From Lytechinus pictus (Eukaryota), in the NCBI RefSeq assembly GCF_037042905.1, contig NC_087263.1, forward strand, positions 7,938,001-8,002,000: DNA of 64,000 nt. Reading direction: 5' to 3'. Below the pieces are notes generated by a model that did not search any database, was not told the DNA's origin, and saw only the letters and a list, made by a program, of their open reading frames with translations. Each line of letters opens with the position of its first letter. The first letter of the stretch is position 1. Shown piece by piece: positions 51,867 through 64,000 of this stretch. The translations under genes were made by a program, and so were the position numbers.

Positions 51867-54464
51867 GGGGGGGGTGTGATTTGCCCCGTCCCATGTAGAC
51901 CCGCGTAGTAGTTTAAAGCCGCGGTAAAGTATTTTGTTTGTTCCCTGGCAAGAGATAACATGATTTAGAGAAATTAATATGGCCGAAAAGGGGGGGGGGG
52001 TGTGGGTTGGTAGGGGATCATTCTTACAGGAATAGGTCCCTCTGCACAATGATGAATAGCCGTTTTGGAGCAAAAGGAGGTCAATCCTTTCTTCAACCTC
52101 TTTTTCGATCCATACCGTGTCCCCCTTCCTGCATTGCACTGTTGTGTATTGTCCAAGTGTATAATATCGTTTATAGGCTACCCTCTAAAAGCAGGTTTGT
52201 TTGGAAGGTTTTTTGTCGTGGATTTCTTTTGCCACATTCATGTTTGATGAAGAGTTTAGGGTACTTTTAGCATAAGCTTACTCCCAACGACCGTTCTTCC
52301 GAGGACACTCATGGATCCAGTTACATAATTCTTTGTTTATTTGTGATTTAGCTCGACCTCATTCAAACATTGCATTTCCTTTTGCACAAACCACTTGAGA
52401 TATTATGTCCATGTTTATGCTGAATGAAGGCGAGAGGCTTCTCAATGTCGTAAACGAAAGTTCTTGTTGAAGAGGTAATTTTCCTCTCCTGTAAAGTTTC
52501 TGACGATCCAATCTGAAATGAAGCTAAAGCAGGTCCGCCAATCATGAACTTGTATTTTTCCGAATAACTTGCCTCAATATTGAAGAAAAAAAGAGAGAGT
52601 TTGTTTTGTTCATGTATTTATACATTGATAAGGTATAGCCTGGGGTATAGCAATTCATTAGCTTAACAGGATAAACCCATCAAAGCTAACGAGCTTATTC
52701 CATTTTTGGTCCTAGACAGAAAAAAAAGAATACTTCATAGAAATGTGTTAACCCCCCCAAAAAATCTTTAAAAAACACACCCACACACCTAAATCAAAAC
52801 ATTTACTATCATTTAAAAGAAAAAAAAAAGATAAATATAAATGAATTTATATATGACGTAAAATAAAAGAAAGGGGGAGACAGAGGGGGGGGGGGGGGCA
52901 TTGCAATAAATTTTTGTTTAAATTAAATTCTTGCCCATATTGGGATTCGAACCGCAATTTTCGTATTTTCAGGAACGAAAATAAAGAGATACAGTGCATC
53001 AGGGAATTCTCACAATTTCCAGGTATAGCCAGTGACCTTCCAACGAACCCCGTCATCAGGTCACAGGTCATACGCTCCCCATTGATCGATGACGTCTACA
53101 AATAAATACATAAATATAAAGCGCCCCTGTTGACATTATCTGATATAAATCATATACTTGTTTGCGTGTTGGGGATACCTTTTAAAATTCCTTTACCAGA
53201 AGATCCGGTTTTCTTCATCTTTTGCGTTTCTCACCCTTGTATATTACTACTGCCAGAAACTTGGATTCTGCCAAATACGTAATTTCTCAAAAAGTTGAAT
53301 TTAATTAAAGGAAAAAAATATAACAAACATAACCATGATAACAGTGTCAATTTCAACGTTTCGCTTAATTTTAGAAAATAGTTATGTGCACAACTTAGTC
53401 GGTATAAAAATGAGGAGACTCGTGACGTCACCTATTCACTATTTACTTTGTATTTCATTTTACATACTCTTAGGGTTTTTGGACCCTAAATGAAACATTT
53501 GTGTCAACCTTTTGAGGTGTAATCTTGTACCTTAGGGGAAAAAGGTGCAAAAATAATTTTTTAATTATTATTTGCACCCAGAAATGCTCGTTTGCATCCA
53601 AAAAAGGTGCAACTTTTCACCTTTTAAGGTGCATATACTTAACTTAAAAAAAGTTCAAATTTGGATCTTCATTACATGGTTGAACTCTGCACCCTATATT
53701 GTGCATAATACTCCCTTAAATGTGCACAAATGAGCATAACTGCACTCATTAGCACCCCTTGGGGTGCTGCAGCCAACGACTCTCTCCGTCATTTGCATGT
53801 CACTGAGTTGTGGTGTGAATATAAGCGCAACTTTAACATTTCATTCATAACTTTCTTATGTCATTATGATTGACTACTTAGTTGAAATAAGTGATATCTT
53901 ATCATCCTTTGTATAGAGCTAAGTTGTTTTCCCATTGTCAGACGACTGAAGACATCTATTTCTAAATGCAAGAGGGAGCGAGCTGAGAAACTTTTGTACA
54001 TGAATTACTTAAAGTCATAGTATCTTCGTCAGGACAAATTTATATTTGTATTTCTTATTTCGTTCCATCAACTTTCCTACAAAAAATCAGGCCGATTCAG
54101 CTTGATATATTTGTTTTACCCTGAGATATTTTGTAAAATCCGTATAGAGATAGAGGGAAGGAAGCCACGATATCGGGGGGGGGGGGGGGGGGGGCGCAAG
54201 TCCCCCACACCAAGTCCCCTTCTCACCATGAGATCACCCCCATGACATTGATATCATATTAAAGTTTTCGATTCACTCGTTTCGCTCTATCACAAACGTC
54301 CAGAAAATATTCGTCATACATGAGCAGCCACCTCATTCTACAATCATAACTTTACCCCGTAATCATCTTCTTTTTGTTCATTATGTTTGCATTCTAATAA
54401 TCGAATCCATACCAATGGAAAGAGTGAATTTTTTTTTCTTCACACAAATTGATAACTATGCTTG

Positions 54465-54742
54465 CTTATAATAGTGATTAACATCTACCTACTTTATCAG
54501 AAGTGCTCAACAGTAATGCAGCTTAATAATTACCCTGGCTTTGGCAAAGCAGCTGCTACGCGCGCAGCGTATCAAGAAATACATTCGTCCCAGGTATAAA
54601 CCAGCCACTCACCTCACCTGGGTTGAGTGCAGCAAAATATGGGTAAATTTCTTGCTGAAGGAAAACACGACATGGCTTGGGGTTGAACCCACGTCCATCA
54701 GATCAAGAGACGAGAGCCATAACCACTAGAACACAACGCCCC
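54465..54742 (-). mobile_element. tRNA-derived SINE
   Basis: Minus strand GGGGCGTTGTGTTCTAGTGG head, GGTTCAACCCC B box, CTTCAGCAAG and CAACCCAGGTGAGGTG core. Confidence 0.8.
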
Positions 54743-55284
54743 CACACAATCTCAGCATTTTTTTTTATTGGTTTTTAACGGCGCTCTCATTCAAACAAAG
54801 AATATACATGTATGCGCCATGTTAAAGCTGTACTAATTTAAAGCAATTTGCCATGTTCCAGTTAAACCAACACGACCAACGCCAAACCAATTAATGATAT
54901 GTCATTCACCATTAACACGATAGCTTTAATCGGCCTCATACGATGTCCTAAGTGTGACTGAATCATAAGGTCGTTCAGAATAAGGTCACATGGAGACCAA
55001 TGCAGACGCGACCCTTTTTTCTGTAGCATTTCATCATTTTACATCCTCGTTTTTTGGCTGCCTCCTTGACAGTAGGAAGTGGTTTTCCGCACCACTTTTC
55101 TCTCACAATATTCCCCACGTGAAAACGACAGTGTCACTGTTTTTACAATCAAGTACCCTGATATATAATGGTGTGAGAAAACAGATCAATGTATCGATTA
55201 CGATTTCGAAACCCCTGCTATCGCAGGGAGATTATATCGACTTCCCTTCTCAATCGTTTCTCTTTTCCTTCGTTCATATTTCAG

Positions 55285-55376
55285 GAGGAGATAATGAGGC
55301 GTATAATCAAAGATCGAGATCTTCTTCTGTTCATAAAGCAATCTGGCCCATTCTTTTCGTCATCGCTGTCATTGTG
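55285..55376 (+). CDS. Coding exon 4: juxtamembrane region and first half of the TM helix
   Basis: Long pyrimidine tract plus tttcag at 55284, donor gtaagt at 55377, phase 1-0; GGDNEAYNQRSRSSSVHKAIWPILFVIAVIV. Confidence 0.88.
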
Positions 55377-55429
55377 GTAAGTTCGAAAATAAAGCGAATG
55401 CTCTGTTTCTCACTGGTGGCCATGCAGAC

Positions 55430-55718
55430 GCTCGGCTCGCAGACGCTTTCTTCAATGTTCACAATCCATTGACAATGCCCGTCAAATCACAATGGACATA
55501 TTATGTGAGGTCATTGTCGAAAGTTGGTGGACCGGGAAAGCACATCGTCTTAAGATTCGAACCGGACAAAGGATTGCAAATATGTCGTTTGTCCAGAATC
55601 CAGGACGGCATAGCTGTTTTGGTTCACCGATTTTCGACAAAGGCTGCTTTGTTATGAATTAAGGGCTTTCGACACAAGATTATCTGCGTTATAGAACGCG
55701 TCTGTGAAGCGATAGCTA
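55430..55718 (-). mobile_element. Inverted copy of the 41792-42082 element
   Basis: GTCTTAAGATTCGAACCGGACAAA and TTATGAATTAAGGGCTTTCGACACAAGATT match the reverse complement of the 41.8-kb copy. Confidence 0.85.
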
Positions 55719-56822
55719 AAATGCAGTAATAAAACGCAGACAAACTGTCTACATTACTACCTCTTACCACTTTACCATTAAGTACACATTTCATACCTTT
55801 AACCCGCCCCCCCCCCTTCCTCCGCAATTCTCAATACCCCTGCGCCGCTCCTGAAAACAGAATGATGCTATTTGTTCAAAGCATTTCCTCTGTAATAGGT
55901 CCATGCTTGAAATGAGATGCCACTGCATTACTAGTTTCACCCCTTCTTAAATTTCCTTTAACCCAAGATGTAAACCTGCTCTGAGATACAGGGATACGAA
56001 ACACCATAGACCTATTACGAACACGAATCCCATTCACATCACCTGTTCCTGAAAATATTTATTACATATTTTCGACGACGCGCTGTGCTTTCCATTACAG
56101 TGGACTCAGTTACGACAAATTACATTGTATTTGGAATATAATAGATGCATTATTATTGGGGTCATAAGATAGGGTACAGAAATTCCCATGGGTTTTCTTA
56201 AAATTCGTGACTTGTCCGTATTGATATAAATTTCGTCACGAATTGGGACGAAAACCCTGAGGGTAATAACGTGAACGAAATCCGCCTTGGCTGACCTCTT
56301 GAGATTTACATCTAATCCAATGACCGACATGCAATAAATTCTTCTTGATGTCCTTATGTATGTCTACAGTCGGCCATGAAGAGGATGAGGGTTATAAATA
56401 TTCCTCACATTATCTTTTATCGAGGTATTTTTTCGCGGAAACGAAACGAGCATTATGGCAATTTTTTGTTGTTTGTTTCTTCTCCGTCACCATCAACACC
56501 TTCTTCTTTATTCTTCTTCCTTTACTTTTTTCCTTTTTTCTCTTCTTTTTCGTACAATTCTTCTCTTTCTTCCCTCCCTTTTCCTTCTCCTTCTTTTTTA
56601 TTTGTTAATGCGTTCTTTAATCTTAGCCCCAATATTAAATAATAAAAAAACCAGAAAACTGATTTTTATAAGTGTTTGATCACCTTTATCTTTCAAATTA
56701 AGTGGGCTATTTACACATAAAGTGGTAAAAATTACGTTTTGGGGATTGAAATTTAAATTGAATTGCCACTATTGGTCACTTCGCGCTCATCAATGATTTT
56801 TTTTTTTTTTTTTTTTTAATAG

Positions 56823-57035
56823 ATTATTGTCCTCTTATGGAAGCGATACGTGAAGTCGAGATCATCCGACGGACACACCATCCCTGCTCAAGAGCCCGAG
56901 AGCCCGACACATGTGGCTGTCCTTGACCACACTGTTGCGTACGACATGGACGGTGTTGTTGCTACCACTACTACCACAACCACTACAACTGTGCTGAACG
57001 CGAACCGGACAGTCGACGAAGAGTCGCAAAGATGA
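56823..57035 (+). CDS. Coding exon 5: end of the TM helix and cytoplasmic tail
   Basis: Poly-T tract plus aatag acceptor at 56822, phase 0; IIVLLW-KR (stop-transfer basics) then YVKSRSSDGH...VAYDMDGVVATTTTTTTTVLNANRTVDEESQR, stop TGA ends at 57035. Confidence 0.88.
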   Translation: MIVLLWKRYVKSRSSDGHTIPAQEPESPTHVAVLDHTVAYDMDGVVATTTTTTTTTVLNANRTVDEESQR

Positions 57036-58222
57036 TCTCAGATGCTTACATAGTGGGAGTCGGAGTTTATTGATGGATAGTAGACTTTTATCAAAGCAGA
57101 AAAGTGAAAAGGACGCAAAACGCCGCCAGCCTACGAACAGCTTGACGTAATATTATACCACGTCACTATGATTGCTGACATGACGATCAATTTGAATGGC
57201 GTCGTTTAAAAGATTATTATTATTACAATTATTTCAAAATGGCGTTGAAAATGAACCAGGCCCATGCTGGTATCGTGACTTTGAAACTAGACTTTTGAAT
57301 TTAAGTGCAAAAGGATTGTGGGAACGGAGTAATATCTCAAGCTCTTCACACGCCGATGGACAGCAATCGTCGTTGCCACTAAACGCCGGGAGTACTTTCC
57401 ACAGCATCTCGATTAACATGTGCATGTATCATGGAATTAACCCGGAAGTATTTGTTGAACAGGGGTGTCATCCAATGTGAGCGTGATAAGAACTAGCGAG
57501 AGTTTATTACGTCTGCGAGTTGCAGGAAAACTAGACGAAGCGAAAAAGGAAAAGAAAATGAAGAGACTTTATACACATTGGGATTTGCTCTTTGAAATTT
57601 CATGAGAAAAATAGGCTTTTCGCCCCTAATTTGTAATGACGGGGAGGAGTAAGGTTGGTGACCTCACAGAGAAAGATGAGGAATATTTCTATAAATTATT
57701 GATAGTGATAATTATTTTCTTCTTAATTATATCATTGGATTTGAGATGAGTTATGTTAAAGTACTACATTACATTCTTGTATATCATTAAAATGAATTGT
57801 AGTCACCTAAAATACTTTTTTTTTCTGTCTTCACACAAACTAACTTGTATCAAGGGTTGCAATTTTTAATTAGTTGAATGAATCTTATTATTTTGGACAA
57901 AGTAAGTCCTACCAGAATATGACAGGGGAAAGTTGTATATTTCTAACTGTTGGCTTATATATCATTCCATTCTATGAAATTTATTTCCAATATGGTATGC
58001 GTTATCTATATATGGTTTCTATATAATATTATACTATTATATACATTGGCTTTTTTTCCATTTCTTCCATAATCCTCTATGCAATAATTACATGTAGGTG
58101 ATCTGTTCTATATACAATTTCACACAAGGCTGCCGATTGCAATTGAAGAAGTGAAAATGACTAGAGTTTAATTTTATTTAAAAAATTGTTGCCTTTGACT
58201 TGCATTTTTTCCTGTCAAAATG

Positions 58223-58228
58223 AATAAA
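58223..58228 (+). promoter_or_regulatory. Candidate polyadenylation signal of the Ig-TM gene
   Basis: AATAAA about 1.2 kb after the stop codon, at the end of AU-rich repeat-poor sequence. The hexamer is common in this AT-rich DNA. Confidence 0.3.
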
Positions 58229-59377
58229 TATTTGTAATAAGAAAGCTATTATGTGACGTGCCACCCCAAACCAGCGATAAGTCGTCAGTGAATATTTCCT
58301 GCCAATAGCAAAAGTAGTAATCTGGTCTTCAAAAATTAAAAATAAGAAAATCAGCTTATCTGAAAGAATGATTTTTCCACTTCATGTTGTCAAAATTTTA
58401 AGTTGTATAGTCAAATATATGACGAGATACAAAAATTATTTGGCACAATTTGTAAAGGTCCTCTTATGGGTCCTGACACATTTAAGAGACGGCTGTTCTG
58501 CGTCAGGGATATTTTGGCTGAAATTGGATTTCTACAACATTTTGATGACCTAGCTTTGAACAGAAAAGTTTACTATTGAGAGCATTGTGAAAATGTTTTT
58601 TTTTTTCTGCATACTATGTTTAAAAAGGTGAAGTTTATGCTATTTGAACACCAACAAAACCCTCTCCCAAACTGATCGATGTATGTCTTTGAAATTAATA
58701 TACTTTCTTTGATCGGCCTTGATATAGGTGTCGTCCGTGTGTCTGTGATAAATACAAGGTTATCGTGAATTCAGGCAAGCTTCTGTTCGAGAAACAGCTC
58801 GAAATACTGCCTATTAAGGTTTATGTACTGTCTTGTACTGTTTTATAAGTGCTGAAATAAATATTTTTTTCTACAGTAATTACAGACTGCCTTCCTCGTT
58901 TATTCCAGACACCTGTGAAAAAAAAAAAAACGATATCATTATACAAGTTACTGAGGGCATTCGGGAGAATTAGCAACACATCTTAATAGTTGAACAATTA
59001 TGCCCTTGGCCATAATCGGAGGCGATAATTGAGGGTATCTTGGCTGCTTCGATAAGCGTAGAGTGCGGATATATTTTCTAGTGCTCCTACCTGAATAAAA
59101 ATCTGAATGTGCATTGTTTTTTTTTAATAATTATATAGTTCTTATTTATTTATATGTTTGTTGACAAAGCACCCTTGACTTAATAACGTAACATGCAATG
59201 CCTGGCACAATATTTTGATTATTTAAATCAAAGTAAGTAAATAGCATGTTATGCGCTAAATGCATGGCTAAATACTGCATTATGTATCATTATTTGTATG
59301 GCTGAAGTTTTGAAAAAAAAGTCCTTTAGTTTTCTCATACATTGGCATGATTGGCAGGAAAATGATGTTTGCAAACG

Positions 59378-60040
59378 GAGAGAGAGAGAAGAGAGGGGGT
59401 GGAAAGCGGAAGGGAGGGAGAGGGAAAGAGAAAGAAAGAGGGAGTGGGAAGGGGAGGGGAGGGAAAGGGAAAAAAAGAGGGGGTTGGGAAGGGGAGGGAG
59501 AAGGGAAGAGAAAAAAAGAGGGGGTGGGAGGGGAGGGAAAGAGAAAGAAAGAGGGTGTGGAAAGGGAGAGAGAAAGGAATAGGGTGTGGAAAGGGGAGGG
59601 AGAGGGAAAGAGAAAGGAAAAGGGTGTGGGAAGGGAGGGCGGGGAAAAAAAAGAGGGGGAGGGAGAGGGAAAGAGAAAGAAAGAGGGTGTGGGAAGGGGA
59701 GGGAGAGGGAAAGAGAGAGGGTGTGGGAAGTGGAGGGGAGGGAGAGGGGAAAAAAGAAAGAGGGGTGGGAAGGGGAGGGAGAGGGAAAAAAAGAGGGGGT
59801 TGGGAAGGGGAGGGAGAAGGAAAGAGAAAATAAGAGGGGGTGGGAAGGGGAGGGGAGAGGGAAAAAGAGGGGGTTGGGAAGGGGAGAGAGAAGGAAAGAG
59901 AAAAAAAGAGGGGGTGGGACCGTGGGAAGGGGAGGGAGAGGGAAAGAGAAAGGAAAAGGGTGTGGGAAGGGGAGGGAGAGGGAAAAAGAAAGAAAGAGGG
60001 TGAGGGAAAGGGAGGGATAGGGAAATAGAAAGGACGAGGG
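59378..60040. repeat. ~660-bp polypurine (GA-rich) degenerate tandem repeat
   Basis: Almost only G and A on the plus strand, with recurring GGGTGTGGGAAGGGGAGGGAGAGGGAAAGAGAAA. Confidence 0.95.
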
Positions 60041-61079
60041 GGCTTTGCTGCTGAAATCCAAACCTGACCAAATAAAACTATGAAATATCTCAAAACAGAG
60101 ACATCTAATATACTCAACTTTGAAATCAAATATACAAAAAAAAGAACTTGTATTACTACTCACAAGTTTGTAGTCATACATCTTTCTTATTTATTTCAAA
60201 TAATATATAATTTGGTATGTACATGTCATTTTCATTAGAAACCATTTAGATATTTACAGACGTAACTGACACACATTATATCACTTCATAGGTACAAGCA
60301 CATGGTGCCGATAAGTGATGATAATCCCTCCCATAAATAATGATACCACATCTTATGTAGCACGCAAAGGGGAAGTTCACAAAGGCGATAAGTTTGATTT
60401 AATAAAAGCAGAACAAATTAGGGAAACGTATTGGTGAAGGGTTAAAAATCCATCATCTATTTGTTACGACATATTCAAGCAGCTCCTCCATATACCGTAT
60501 TATGTAATAAATACAACTACCATAAATTCAATTTTTTCTTTAAAAGTATGGTGAAAATATTTTTTGGATAGAAAGGAAAATGACATGGTGTGTCTGATGC
60601 CATATCTATTAACTCTTTGCACGCTGAATTAATTTTGGGGTATAAAAGTGACAATTGTTTCCATGTTATTTTCTTAAGTTCAAGATATCCATATTGCACC
60701 ATTGATAATTATCATTATCATATAGATGTCATCCAAGAACTGTTGCCTTTTATTAGCTTATCTAATTTGAAAGTCGGGGAGAAAACTAATTATTACGATT
60801 GTTGAATTTAATTGTACAAATGTGAAAAATTGCAACATCAATGCGGAGAGGGTTAAACAAAAAATACTGCATTCAATATTCAGAGAAAATTACATTTTGT
60901 GGAATTTAAATCATACGACATACGGAGGAGCTGATACTCTGTGATGTCCCAAAATATCTGTCATTCTTTTATGTATTTCATAAAAACTTCAATATTTGTC
61001 AGAATTTGTTCTGCTTTCATTAAGATAAACTTTGAGTCAGAATTAACTTCTGATTAATACATCTAAGCGACGTCTTTAA

Positions 61080-62350
61080 AGGGGTACTCCAGGCTGAAAA
61101 TAACATGATTTAAACAGATTTAGAAAAATCAGGCAAACAAAATACTGAAAATTTTATCAAAAGTTATGGCATTCTAAAGATTTGAATTATTCCGGTGAAA
61201 AATTTCTAGGCGTTTCTTCATGAATATTCAATGAGCAAACTGATGATGTCACATCCCCACTTGTTTTTTTTGTTTTCTATTATATGAAATTAGGTTTATT
61301 CGAACATTTTCCAAGAAACAAAACTACTGGAATAAAAACTGATTAGTGCATTAGATATTCATTGCTGCGACTTATTTCACAAGGGAGATCTATCACTCAC
61401 ACATGTATGAAAAAACAAGGCAAACGCCAAGCGTTGTCTCGCCTGCATATTGCAGTCATGAAGAGACTGCATGTCAAAACTACATGTATGCTATATGACT
61501 TAGATGGACCTCTGTTATGAGTTTGGCGATCCCACCTCGAAGCTATAGAAAGTTATTGTGTGTACAACACAGCAGTGCCAGTCATGGAAAGTTCATTGAC
61601 CTTTGACCTTAATCAAATTCAACTCACATTCGAACTTGACCTGCACCTTCAAGAGATGGACCTCTTGTTTGAATTTGGCAATCCTACCTCGAAGATATAA
61701 AAAGTTATTAAGTGTACAACACAGCACAGTGCCAGTCATAGAAAGTTAATTGACCTTTGACCTTATTCAAATTCGACTCATATTCGATCTTGACCTGTGC
61801 CTTCAGGAGATGGACCTCTGGTATGAATTTGGTGATCCCACCTCGAAGGTATAGAAAGTTATTATGTGTACAACACAGCACAGTGCCAGTCATGGAAAGT
61901 TCATTGACCTTTGACCTTCTTCAAATTCAACTCATATTCGAACTTGACCTGTGCCTTCAGGAGATGGACCTCTGGTGTGAATTTGGTGATCCCACCTCGA
62001 AGCTATAGAAAGTTATTGGGTGTACAACACAATTGTTGACGACGACGCCGACACCGGAAATAGTGATACCTATGTCTCGCTCCGCTACGCAGGCGAGACA
62101 AAAAATGAAAGAATTATGATTTCATGTAATAACATAACAAAAGGGAAAGTGGGGATGTGACATCATCAGCCCATCTAATGAATATTCATGACGACGTGCA
62201 TAAAACTGTTTTCAAATATATTGCTAACCATTAAAATTCATTAACTTTGCTATTTGTTATCAGATTATGATGGAATTTTCAGCATTTTGCTCTGAATGTT
62301 ACTCTATTTATCAAGATATACTACTAGTATTTTCAGGCCGGAGCATCCCT
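61080..62350. mobile_element. Kolobok-like MITE split by a nested element
   Basis: TTAA|AGGGGTACTCCAGGCTG ... CAGGCCGGAGCATCCCT|TTTA; inverted arms (GATGATGTCACATCCCCACTT / AAGTGGGGATGTGACATCATC). Confidence 0.75.
61415..62100. mobile_element. Helentron/HINE-like element with ~154-bp tandem units
   Basis: Inserted in an A-run; ACAAG..GTCTCGCCTGC start, GTCTCGC..GCAGGCGAGAC end; GATGGACCTCT recurs at 61503, 61655, 61809 and 61963. Confidence 0.85.
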
Positions 62351-64000
62351 TTTAGTGCATGAGAAATATCACATTGTGGTTTGCCCAAACATATTGTATG
62401 CACTTTCTCTATTACTTGGGGAGCATTCTAGCAAGGAAATTCAAACTCTTCTGCTATTTGCACTAAACTTGCTTTGGAATATTCAAAGTTCATTGCATTT
62501 TTTATTCACTGGTGTATGTAAGTAATATAAGATTTTTAAGGGGATGTTAACCTTGACATAAAGTTTGTTGTAAAAATACAAGAAAAATAGTAAAAATACC
62601 GGTGAAGGTTTCAAGAAAATCCATTAAAGATTAAGAAAATTTGAGAATTATAATTTTTTGATTTGGCACATCATATTATGAAACTGCCCTCTATGTTTTG
62701 TAATATAAAATGCATTTATTTCAATTTTGTGATGGTTTGTGACTATTTCTTTTCTTTCAAGAGCAGATGGAAATAACATTTCTGTTGATGTACTGAATAT
62801 ACAATAAAAACGGTTTTCTTTTTTTTTTTTATTTCACCAATTTTTTAATACATGATATATCATGTTCAAGCTGCTTGCTTATGTCACAAACAAAATAATT
62901 CAAATAAAAAAAAATAAATAAATCTTTGATGGATGTCCTCAAACCTTCACCAATATTTTTGTTTAATAGGCATTTCTCCAATACAGTAATGATTGGGGAA
63001 AAATGCAAAAATAACACCACCCCAAAATCAATTTAATGCTGCAAAAGTAAATTCCTCTACTTCAAAGTAACTAACTTTATTCAGATACCGGAGAAATATT
63101 TGTGGTGAAATTTCTTAGACCATGGCAATAAATACATCTTTCTCTATGGCAATAAATACAAAATGATTTAAAGTAATATGTACACATGTATCTAGAATAT
63201 ACAAACATTGCAAAAGTGAAAAAATAACAACTGTAAGTAATAGTGACTGACAACCGAAATGATATTTTTGTAACCAGATATATAAGGAACCTCGTGAATG
63301 TAGCTCTTTATGAGATTGTTTCATAATTTGTACATACTGGGCCCCGTAACACAAAGCATAATGATTGATCGTATGCTTGATTTTTATGATTGATTGTACA
63401 TTGCAGTCAATGCAATCAATCGTGAAAAAAATTATTCTACGATCGTTGCTAAGCTGTGTGTTACAGGCTCCAAACCTTGATATTCACTTAATTGTGGTCT
63501 AACGACGTGGTTTAACCATGGATAGCATATTGCAACGCATACATGCACAGTGCTTACCTCAAACAGTACAGGCTGAGCAATCAACTCATTTGACTCTCAA
63601 ATCATTCATATCTTTCAGGAAATACCAATTTTCCCTTGTTGCATGTCAGCGTTTTTGATACTATATTTTGGTAGAGCATGATGAAATACCTCCACAGCCA
63701 AAATTTGGTGGGAATCGGTATATGACCTCATGTATAAACCAAAATGGCTTTCCTTGTCATTGAACCATGGGGAAACAAAATACTAGTATTAACCCTAAAT
63801 AGACTGGGCTATTTCGAGGCATAATAAGACGGGAGGGGGGGGGGTGTGGGTGTGGGTGCGATACAGCCCCCTTATGATCTCGACCGTCAATCACGCGATC
63901 ACGACAAAAATTGGCACGCGAGTTACCCATGGCATAATCTACAAACTATAAGATCAAATTCTGCGAAAACTCATCTATAGTTATGTGTAAAATCAAAAGT

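Noticed and set aside
52973..53022. Extra exon between exons 3 and 4 (ttttcag ... CAG/gtatag)
   Set aside because: It is 50 nt, so inclusion would frameshift exons 4-5; at most a poison exon.
56929..56951. ITIM in the cytoplasmic tail (TVAYDMD)
   Set aside because: The +3 residue is Asp, not the I/L/V required by the ITIM consensus.
59249..60181. Long overlapping ORFs (up to 310 aa) in several frames
   Set aside because: The purine tract lacks stop codons by composition.

Overview
AT-rich, repeat-dense animal genomic DNA. The SINE/MITE landscape looks echinoderm-like, probably sea urchin (inference). No prokaryotic genes, CRISPR array or rRNA. One spliced plus-strand gene can be reconstructed with compatible intron phases: exons 25799-25877, 48689-49033, 49711-49848, 55285-55376 and 56823-57035 (867 nt, 288 aa). 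It encodes a type I membrane protein with a signal peptide, one six-cysteine Ig domain, a Thr/Ser/Pro-rich stalk, a TM helix split by an intron and a short tail. Upstream are a TATA/Inr-like promoter near 24903 and a long leader with uORFs. Most of the rest is non-autonomous DNA transposons (hAT-, Tc1/mariner-, Kolobok-, Harbinger-, Sola2-, CACT-ended and Helentron-like, often nested), tRNA-derived SINEs, a decayed LINE and microsatellites. Main oddities: a tRNA-shaped unit with a UCA anticodon and Pol III terminator inside a repeat (3168-3239, minus), a perfect 125-bp-arm fold-back palindrome (35574-35842), a fold-back MITE that keeps the exon 3 frame open, and an orphan promoter-like block on the minus strand (13615-14480). 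Transposon superfamily calls rest on terminus and TSD patterns only. I found no firm evidence of a wholly new biological system.
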